Assembly: GCA_965205855.1 (NCBI GenBank)
Contig: OZ242184.1
Location: 384,001 to 448,000, forward strand
Direction of reading: 5' to 3'
DNA: 64,000 bases
From: Thermodesulfobacteriota bacterium
GTDB taxonomy: Bacteria > Desulfobacterota_D > UBA1144 > Nemesobacterales > Mycalebacteriaceae
Shown here: positions 57,213-64,000 of the stretch, piece by piece
Layout of the letters: the number at the start of each line of letters is the position of its first letter
Numbering within the stretch: the first letter of the stretch is position 1
Translations under genes and position numbers: made by a program
Notes under the pieces: model-generated
Told to the model about the DNA's origin: nothing
The model's database searches: none
The model's input: only the letters and a program-made list of their open reading frames with translations

Positions 57213-58529
57213 ATGAAAGAAAAATCGTCATCTTCCGAGAGAAAAAATCTCAGAAAAAATATCTCATGGCTTTTCGGCGGCGGAATGGGCGGCTCTGTCT
57301 TCGCAATGGCAGAAGTGGTTTTGCTGACCCGTTTTCTCGGACTGGAAATGTTCGGACTTTTCACCGTTGTTACGGCATATGTAAAAATTTTAAAGGAGCT
57401 TCTTGACTTAAAAGTTACCGAAGCGGTTGTCAAATATGTCGGGCAGTGTTGGGAAAGAAAGGAAAGGGAAAAAACCGTTTCGTTTATTAAATTTTTCTAT
57501 CTGATAGATTTTGTTACGGGCATTGTCGCCTTTCTTGTCGCGCTTTTGCTTGCGGAAATCGCGAACAGTTTTTTCATTAAATCCGATAACGCCTTTGAGC
57601 TGGTTTTTATCTACTCGTTCAGTCTCCTAATTGGCACGGTCAACACAACTTCAAGGTCAGTACTGGAAGTTTTCAACAAATTTGCGAATGTTGCCCTTGT
57701 GGAAATGTCCGCCGTTGCGGTAAGGGTGGCTTTTGTTGCGGCGGCTCTTATCTTCGGATTCGGGATAAAGGGCGCTCTTTTGGGTTACGCTGTGTCGGCT
57801 TTTGTATACTTTGTCGTCCTTCAATTTTTTGTGAACGGCGCTTTGAAAAAGCGGGGAGTGTCCGCATGGTTCGGGGCAAGCCTCAAGCCGGTTTACAAGG
57901 AAATTCGTGGCGCTATGACTTTCATTCTGAGTTCAACCGCCAACTCGTTTATAAGCAAGGTTTTCAACAGGGAGTTTCCAATACTGTTGCTCGGGCATTT
58001 CTTCACCGCCGAAATTGCCGGACTTTATAAAACGGCGACCAGTTTTACAAATGTTATAGGGAAATTGAGCACTCCCGCCACCCGCGCAATTTATCCCGCG
58101 CTTGTGAGTCTTGAAGAGCGGCTTTCCTATAGCGTATTCAGGCAACTTGTTTCATATTCAATGAGAGTTCTGGCAAAGTTTTTTGTTCCCGTGGGAGCCC
58201 TGTTTTTTATATTTGCCGAACAGATTATAGAGATCTTTTTCGGGTCGGAGTATGTTCCGGCGGCGAAAGCGATGAGAATAATTGTCGTGGCGGAGGTCGT
58301 ATTGAACCTTGGTTTTTGGATAAACGCGGTTCTTCTCGCGCTTGGAAGGATATGGTTGAAAACGGGTTTTACACTTGTTGCCGCGCTTATTTACACGGGC
58401 GCGTTGTTTCTGCTTGCTCCAATTTATTCGTTTGAAGGAGCCGCTTTTGCCCGGCTTGTTTTCTCTTTGACTGTTGTTCCCATTGGTATTTTTCTTTTCG
58501 GGTATATAAAGAGAAGAGAGGAGGAATAA
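57213..58529 (+). CDS. Wzx-like polysaccharide flippase (MOP superfamily)
   Basis: Many TM segments; LTRFLG..FG, AGLY, FFGSEY; within the glycosyltransferase cluster. Confidence 0.85.
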   Translation: MKEKSSSSERKNLRKNISWLFGGGMGGSVFAMAEVVLLTRFLGLEMFGLFTVVTAYVKILKELLDLKVTEAVVKYVGQCWERKEREKTVSFIKFFYLIDFVTGIVAFLVALLLAEIANSFFIKSDNAFELVFIYSFSLLIGTVNTTSRSVLEVFNKFANVALVEMSAVAVRVAFVAAALIFGFGIKGALLGYAVSAFVYFVVLQFFVNGALKKRGVSAWFGASLKPVYKEIRGAMTFILSSTANSFISKVFNREFPILLLGHFFTAEIAGLYKTATSFTNVIGKLSTPATRAIYPALVSLEERLSYSVFRQLVSYSMRVLAKFFVPVGALFFIFAEQIIEIFFGSEYVPAAKAMRIIVVAEVVLNLGFWINAVLLALGRIWLKTGFTLVAALIYTGALFLLAPIYSFEGAAFARLVFSLTVVPIGIFLFGYIKRREEE

Positions 58530-58583
58530 CCTTTTCCCAAATGCTATACGGCGGAGAGGCGCTCTGCTGACAACGGATCCAAG

Positions 58584-58612
58584 TTTACTTGTAGTGCGGA
58601 ATGTATTAGATT
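58584..58612 (+). promoter_or_regulatory. Putative promoter for the small-protein/aspartyl-protease cassette
   Basis: TTTACT-N17-TAGATT, 20 nt before the GTG start. Confidence 0.45.
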
Positions 58613-58632
58613 TTCATGTAAAGGGGTAACAA

Positions 58633-58893
58633 GTGGACAAGGAGAAAATTGAAAAAACCAGAACAAAAGTCAAGGAAAACTTTGATTACTTTCGGAAACA
58701 GTTGCCAACAATAGCGGTGGCAAAGCGTGGCAAAACTGCTCTGCTTCATGAGAAACAGATTGACGGTTTTTACAACACTGATGAGGAAGCAATAGAAGAA
58801 GGAATTAAAAAATACGGATTGGGCAACTTTTCAGTTCAACAAGTAGGCGAACCGCCTATTGAATTGGGGTTTCAGTCTTATGCCCTCTTTTAG
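58633..58893 (+). CDS. Small hypothetical protein (DUF5678-like)
   Basis: 86 aa; GKTALLHEKQIDGFY...EAIEEG...YG...FSVQQV pattern; overlaps the protease start. Confidence 0.7.
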   Translation: MDKEKIEKTRTKVKENFDYFRKQLPTIAVAKRGKTALLHEKQIDGFYNTDEEAIEEGIKKYGLGNFSVQQVGEPPIELGFQSYALF

Positions 58894-59371
58894 CAAGCGC
58901 CTGAATCGCGGGCAGTTTCTTGTCAGTGTTAAAATCGTGAAATCCCAATCGGGTAGTCAACCCTCTCGGTTGTTGGAGACCTTGGTAAAATCCCCGCCGA
59001 AACAAGCCCTTCTTGATACCGGCGCAACAACAACTTGCATATCTCATGAATGTGTGGATGAGTTAGATTTGTCACCGATTGGGATGACGGAGATACAAAC
59101 CGCCACAGACAGAAGGCAAGTTTCTCAGTATCTGATTGCTTTTGCAATTCCTGTTACCAAAACTGCCGTTAAAGAAACAAAAAAACAGGATGGTAACAAA
59201 GGTTTTGAAACAGTGTTTGCAGGACAAGAGAATTGGGCGCATATCAGACACAAGGTTAATGAGTTGCCTCCTTTGGGCGAAGGCAGAGGTTTTGATATGA
59301 TTTTGGGAATGGACATACTTTCTCAGACACATATAACTATGTTTGGTGGTAACCTGATTATGTCTTTTTAA
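58880..59371 (+). CDS. Retropepsin-like (clan AA) aspartyl protease
   Basis: ALLDTGATTTCI and FDMILGMDIL; start moved to ATG 58880. Confidence 0.88.
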   Translation: MPSFSKRLNRGQFLVSVKIVKSQSGSQPSRLLETLVKSPPKQALLDTGATTTCISHECVDELDLSPIGMTEIQTATDRRQVSQYLIAFAIPVTKTAVKETKKQDGNKGFETVFAGQENWAHIRHKVNELPPLGEGRGFDMILGMDILSQTHITMFGGNLIMSF

Positions 59372-59392
59372 GATTTGTCTGCGTATTTTCCC

Positions 59393-60535
59393 TCAACCTC
59401 CGACAACCTCACGAAACAGTTTTTCATATTCTTTTATATTTCTCTCAACTGAAAACCTCCGCGCTCTTTCCAGCGCGTTTTTTGAAAGGGTTTGTCTGAG
59501 TTTCCCATCCTCCAAAACTTGCAATATGGCTTCCGCCATTGCTCTTGGGTCTGATACCGGAACAAGGATGCCGCTTTTGCCGTCTTCAATGATTTCATTC
59601 GCGCCGAATTTATGGTCGGTGCTGACAACGGGGACACCGAGGGCGAGCGCCTCAAGAAGCGAGTTGGAAAAACCTTCGTAAAGCGATGAGGAAACATAAA
59701 CGTCCGCCGCTTTCATAAACGGATACGGATTCGGTTTCTCTCCGGCAAGCAAAACACGGTCGCCGAGGTTCAACATTTTAATCTGCGCAAGCAACCTCTC
59801 TCTTTCCCCGTCCAGTTCTCTGCCTCCGAGTATCATAAGCCGCACGTCCGTGGTTTCGGCGACAATCGCAAAAGCGTCTATCAAATTGCCGAACCCTTTT
59901 TGCGGAGCAATCCTTCCCGCAGAAACTATGAGAGGCGTTTGTCCGTCTTTCGTCCACGGGTGAGTTGCCGCTTCCGCGCTTTTTTTCTCTATGTGCCCGA
60001 AGTCCAGCCCGTTGTGGATTACAGACGGTCTGCGTTTCAGTTTCCAGAATCTTTTTGCCTCATCCGCAAGCGCGCAACAGTTTGCCACGACACGCGTCGC
60101 GAGTTTTCTTGAGGTTTTGCGCACAATGAATGTTTGCAGATGGTGCAGAGCCGGCTTCACAATTTTAAGGGATTTTGAAGGATTAGCTATTTCGGCAACA
60201 ACCACGGGTATTCCGAGTAATTTTCCCGCAATCGTGCACGGAAGCGGCATAACCCGCGCATAGATTACATCCGGTTTCAGTTTTCTCGCCGCCCGTATTA
60301 CCGACACTGCTCTGAGAATTGGTTTGAGAGGCCATATTTCGGTGGTTTTTATGTCCGAATAAGTGATTGCGGACATCAGTTCCGAGCCGATGTCTTCATT
60401 GAAACCGCTCTCTTTTTTGAGCACGAAAATTGACACTTCAATATCTTTGCGCCCGTTAAAACCTTTCGCCATTGTGAAAATCTGCTTTTCCGCCCCGCCG
60501 ATTTGCAGGCTCTGGTTTACAAACATAATTTTCAT
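59393..60535 (-). CDS. Glycosyltransferase family 4 (PglJ/WabH-like)
   Basis: GGAEKQ, AGRIAPQKGF, NPYPFM, EGFSNSLLEA. Confidence 0.92.
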   Translation of the reverse strand: MKIMFVNQSLQIGGAEKQIFTMAKGFNGRKDIEVSIFVLKKESGFNEDIGSELMSAITYSDIKTTEIWPLKPILRAVSVIRAARKLKPDVIYARVMPLPCTIAGKLLGIPVVVAEIANPSKSLKIVKPALHHLQTFIVRKTSRKLATRVVANCCALADEAKRFWKLKRRPSVIHNGLDFGHIEKKSAEAATHPWTKDGQTPLIVSAGRIAPQKGFGNLIDAFAIVAETTDVRLMILGGRELDGERERLLAQIKMLNLGDRVLLAGEKPNPYPFMKAADVYVSSSLYEGFSNSLLEALALGVPVVSTDHKFGANEIIEDGKSGILVPVSDPRAMAEAILQVLEDGKLRQTLSKNALERARRFSVERNIKEYEKLFREVVGG

Positions 60536-61647
60536 TGCCGCGTCTCCGCGGTGAGTTTGAATATGCGCAATTTCTCACGGGTCATTTTTTCAACGCTGAA
60601 GAATTCCGCTCTGTGTTTCGCGTTTTCGGTGATTCCTTTGCGTAATTTTTCGTCTTTCAAGACCCGCTCAATTGCCTCCGCCATCGCGCACACGTTCCCG
60701 ACCGGCACAAGAATACCGCTTTTGCCGTCCTCAATAATCTCATTTGCTCCGTAACTGTAATCGGTTGACACAACGGGCATGCCGATTGCGAGCGCTTCGG
60801 CAAGAACAAGACCGAATCCTTCAAACAGAGACGAGCAGACAAACACATCGCACTTTGCCATGTATTTGTGAGGGTTGAAAACCGCTCCCGTGAAATCAAC
60901 TTTGTCGCTGATTCCAAGACATTCGGCTTTGCGGGCAATTTTGTCTCTGAGCGGACCCCCGCCGATTAAAAGAAGTCGCAAAGGGGTTGTTCTGTTCACC
61001 ATTGCAACCGCTTCCACAAGGTTTTCAAACCCCTTTTGAGCAATAAGGCGTCCTACCGCAACGGCAATGGGCGCGTCTTCTTCAAACCACCGGTGTTGCG
61101 CCTGTTGGAGGGAAAAGTCCCTTGTCAGTTCGGTGTCTATGCCGTTGTGGACGGTTGTCGACTCAACTCCCAGAGTCTTGTGCATATCCTTTCTTCCTTC
61201 CTCGGATATGGTTATCACACGGTCGGCCGTTTTGTAGAAGGAGGATTTGAACATTCCCGCTGCGGCTTTCCAAACGGCGGAGCGACCGCTCATTTTTTTC
61301 ATCAAGTTGTTGTCTTCCACAACAACGGTTTTGATTCCGAGCATTTTTCCGCAGATGATTGCGGCGGGTTTTACGCCCCAGAGCCTTGCGTATATGATGT
61401 CCGGTTTCTTTCTTTTCGCAACCTTGTGTATTTGAGCCAACTTTGAGAAGAAATTTGCGCTTCTGTCGCGAAAAATAACCTCAATTCCGTCCGACAGCAG
61501 GGGGATTAAATCCCCTTTTGAATCGGTCAGCAGAATCGTAATCTCACATCCCTCGCGCTCAAGCCCGTTGGCAAGGGCTATTATCTGTTTTTCCGACCCG
61601 CCTCCGTGCCCGAGATTGAGGTGGGGTGCGACCATCATTATTTTCAT
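60532..61647 (-). CDS. Glycosyltransferase family 4 (PglJ/WabH-like)
   Basis: GGSEKQ, VGRLIAQKGF, NPHKYM, EGFGLVLAEA. Confidence 0.92.
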   Translation of the reverse strand: MKIMMVAPHLNLGHGGGSEKQIIALANGLEREGCEITILLTDSKGDLIPLLSDGIEVIFRDRSANFFSKLAQIHKVAKRKKPDIIYARLWGVKPAAIICGKMLGIKTVVVEDNNLMKKMSGRSAVWKAAAGMFKSSFYKTADRVITISEEGRKDMHKTLGVESTTVHNGIDTELTRDFSLQQAQHRWFEEDAPIAVAVGRLIAQKGFENLVEAVAMVNRTTPLRLLLIGGGPLRDKIARKAECLGISDKVDFTGAVFNPHKYMAKCDVFVCSSLFEGFGLVLAEALAIGMPVVSTDYSYGANEIIEDGKSGILVPVGNVCAMAEAIERVLKDEKLRKGITENAKHRAEFFSVEKMTREKLRIFKLTAETRQ

Positions 61648-62853
61648 CTACTCGTGCCTCAGAGCTTCAACCGGATTCAGTTTCGCGGCTTTTCGCGCCG
61701 GATACAGACCGAAGAAAACCCCGACCACGGCGGAGAAAAAACAGGCAATTAAAACCGCGGACAGCGATATGCTGGAGGTCCAGCCCGTGAACAGGGACGC
61801 GGTTTTGGCAATGATAGTTCCGAGGATGATTCCCGCCACTCCGCCCGTGAGCGAAAGCGTGAGGGACTCTATCAGAAACTGCTTCAGTATGTCTTTCTGC
61901 CTTGCTCCGACCGCCATTCTTATTCCTATCTCCCTTGTCCTTTCGGTTACCGAAACAAGCATTATGTTCATTATTCCCACGCCGCCGACTATGAGCGAGA
62001 TTGACGCAATACTCACGAGTAGGATTTTCAGAATTTTCGTTACCACGGCTATGCGCTCAAGGTTTTCGGCGTTGTTTCTGATGGAGAAGTCATTGTTTTC
62101 TCCGGGCGCTATTTTGTGGTTTTTTCTAAGAACCGAAGAGATCTCCGCGAGCGCAGGCGGGATGCTTTGCGGATTGTGCACGGAAACGGAGATTTTGGAG
62201 ATGTTTTTTACGGCAAGGATTCTTTTCTGCACAGTTGAATAGGGCATCAGGATTATATCGTCCTGATCCGTTCCGCTCGGCTTTGGTCCGAGTTTCTGCA
62301 TCGTTCCGACAACTTTGCAGGTCAAGGCTCCCATTCTTATCTTCTGCCCGACGGCGGACACGGCGCCGAACAGTTTTTTCTCAATCGTCTGTCCGACCAC
62401 GCAAACCGGACGCGAATTTACTATGTCGTCCGCGCTGAAAAAGGTTCCGCTTTGCGGAAACCAGTCGTTTATAAAAATGAAATCGCGCGACACGCCCAGC
62501 ACCCGTGTTCTCCACTCGTTTTTGCCGTATATCACGGTTTTTTGCGTGCTTATGATTTCCGAGACAAACTCTACATCCGGCAAATTCCTTATGGACTCCG
62601 CATCTTTGACGGTAAGCGGTTTTCCGCGCGAGAACCTGAGCGGGTTCCCGACGGGGCTCACTGGGCTGATGATCATGGATTTTCCGCCCAGCCGCTCAAA
62701 CTGCTCTCCTATCATACGGCTTGCGCCCTGGGTTGTTGAGACAAGTGAAACGACCGCCGCGACGCCGATTATCACTCCGAGCGCGGTCAGCATTGAACGC
62801 CCCTTGTTGGACATAATTGCCCTGTACGCGATAGTCAAAGACCTGAAGTTCAT
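61648..62853 (-). CDS. MacB/FtsX-family ABC permease (no NBD)
   Basis: RSMLTALGVIIGV, GGVGIMNIMLVSVTERTREIGIR, PARKAAKLNPVEALRHE; start moved to ATG 62853. Confidence 0.92.
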   Translation of the reverse strand: MNFRSLTIAYRAIMSNKGRSMLTALGVIIGVAAVVSLVSTTQGASRMIGEQFERLGGKSMIISPVSPVGNPLRFSRGKPLTVKDAESIRNLPDVEFVSEIISTQKTVIYGKNEWRTRVLGVSRDFIFINDWFPQSGTFFSADDIVNSRPVCVVGQTIEKKLFGAVSAVGQKIRMGALTCKVVGTMQKLGPKPSGTDQDDIILMPYSTVQKRILAVKNISKISVSVHNPQSIPPALAEISSVLRKNHKIAPGENNDFSIRNNAENLERIAVVTKILKILLVSIASISLIVGGVGIMNIMLVSVTERTREIGIRMAVGARQKDILKQFLIESLTLSLTGGVAGIILGTIIAKTASLFTGWTSSISLSAVLIACFFSAVVGVFFGLYPARKAAKLNPVEALRHE

Positions 62854-62860
62854 CGCCGTG

Positions 62861-62869
62861 ATTATAACA
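62861..62869 (-). promoter_or_regulatory. Extended -10 promoter (TGtTATAAT) of the macB-like gene
   Basis: Perfect TATAAT with TG extension, 7 nt before the ATG, no SD. Confidence 0.65.
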
Positions 62870-62902
62870 GACGTCGCGAACAGGTAAGCACACTCCCGCG
62901 TC

Positions 62903-64000
62903 TCAGTCCAGGCTTTTGTAGCGGCCCTTTTGCACCATGGCGACAATAATGCACGGGATTGCCACTCCGAGTGCCGAAACCGTTATGAGAAGAACTCCAA
63001 GCTCAGAGTAGTCCGCGGAGACAACTATGCCGTTTGCCGCGTCTCTGACCTCGCGGGTGATGACAAAGACCTTGTTCACATACTCCGTGCCGAGACTGCT
63101 CGCGGACAGCGCAAGGTTTGAAAATGACGCGAACACCGCAAAGAAGGTCGCCTTCAGATGTTCGGGCGCGTTTTTTGCTATCCATGCGAGCATTGGAATC
63201 ATTGCCACCTGTCCGAGGGGTGATTCAAGGGCGGTGTTCACAATCGCTATGAATTTCGCGTCCACCACTCCCCCGGTGCGTGCCATAGTCCATTCGTGAA
63301 CCCCGTAGAAAAGACCGATTCCGGGAAGCGACAGAACTCCCCAGACTATTGAAAGAAACACGATAATCCGCGCTATGCTCGTCCGGCTGATAACCGGCAG
63401 GAAAAATACGATGCCGGCAAGCGTGAGACCCGAAGTTATAAGGAAGAGATATGAGAGAAACTGCTGGTCAAAACCGAGGTTGTCTATCTGGAACCATCCT
63501 TCTCCGGGCCCCACACCGGGAACGGCGCGGAAGACAAATATGATTATTGCCGTGCCTATGAGAGTGTTGCGTGAGGATTTCGGCACCTCGGCGAGCAGTT
63601 TCCGCATAAGAAAGATGACTATCGCCATTGACCCGGCAAACACTGTTTCCTTTGAGTATTGCAAGTCCGAGAGTCCTATTGCCACGCTGAACGCGACAAA
63701 CAGAAGACTACCGCCGAGTATCCACCAGTTAGGAGAGACCGCCGCTCTTTTCAACTCCGGCGTCATTTGTCCGATTTTTTTGAGCATCCACGCGAGCATG
63801 ACCCCGCTTACCGACACGGCGGGAATTACAAGCGCCATAAGGTAGATATCGCCGTAAATCTGCAGTTTCTGTCCCTCGCTCAACTCCTCTACGCCCTGAA
63901 ACGCGATGACATTTATTGCCGCGACGAGGACGCCGCCGCCGATGATGGCGAATCTTCCGAAGGTTTGCATTGTCGTATGCATGGATTTCAGGGTTGCCTC
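62903..64000 (-). CDS. BT1/folate-biopterin-like MFS transporter (5' end outside window)
   Basis: Frame open to the window edge; multi-TM; HTTMQTFGR, FVFRAVP, ESPLGQVAMIPMLAWIAKNAP, KATFFAV. Confidence 0.7.
   Translation of the reverse strand, partial: EATLKSMHTTMQTFGRFAIIGGGVLVAAINVIAFQGVEELSEGQKLQIYGDIYLMALVIPAVSVSGVMLAWMLKKIGQMTPELKRAAVSPNWWILGGSLLFVAFSVAIGLSDLQYSKETVFAGSMAIVIFLMRKLLAEVPKSSRNTLIGTAIIIFVFRAVPGVGPGEGWFQIDNLGFDQQFLSYLFLITSGLTLAGIVFFLPVISRTSIARIIVFLSIVWGVLSLPGIGLFYGVHEWTMARTGGVVDAKFIAIVNTALESPLGQVAMIPMLAWIAKNAPEHLKATFFAVFASFSNLALSASSLGTEYVNKVFVITREVRDAANGIVVSADYSELGVLLITVSALGVAIPCIIVAMVQKGRYKSLD

Noticed and set aside
1-64000. CRISPR arrays, tRNA/rRNA genes, IS elements, prophage genes
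   Set aside because: I saw no regularly spaced repeats, cloverleaf or rRNA signatures, or transposase or phage proteins by eye, and intergenic gaps are short. A tRNAscan/Infernal run would be needed to exclude small RNAs.

Overview
This 64-kb bacterial chromosomal segment is densely coding. The order xerC-hslVU-argBDF, the CxxxY-type CcmE and the cobA-hemD fusion suggest a Desulfobacterota/deltaproteobacteria-related organism, possibly Ca. Dadabacteria-like (inference only). Most genes are housekeeping: parB-purSQ, tusA-like/cysM/JAB, a LysM-NlpC/P60 hydrolase, xerC-hslVU-argBDF, yajC-secDF-pheS-dcd, dapB, yicC, sucD, a heterodimeric ABC exporter, tkt-pgi-rpiA, a pteridine reductase-like SDR with folB and pepF, ccmD/E/F with a cytochrome c fusion, cobA-hemD, uvrB, rimP-nusA-infB-rbfA-nrnA-truB-rpsO-pnp-miaA and ccmH. 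A surface-glycan locus follows at about 51.5-61.6 kb, then a MacB-type permease and a BT1-like transporter cut by the window edge. I saw no rRNA, tRNA, CRISPR array or transposase. The best candidates for undescribed systems are: (1) a CapK-like adenylating enzyme, HisC-like aminotransferase and HAD phosphatase trio that may be an alternative serinol/amino-alcohol glycan-amidation pathway; (2) a 4-TM coiled-coil protein paired with a secreted vWA-like protein (27.4-29.8 kb); (3) a small-protein/retropepsin two-gene cassette with its own promoter inside the glycan locus. Also notable are an ABC subunit lacking most of its helical subdomain, two small ccm ORFs absent from or mis-started in the ORF track, a possible ATA start for miaA and a probable leaderless macB transcript. 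All family assignments come from motif recognition, not database searches.
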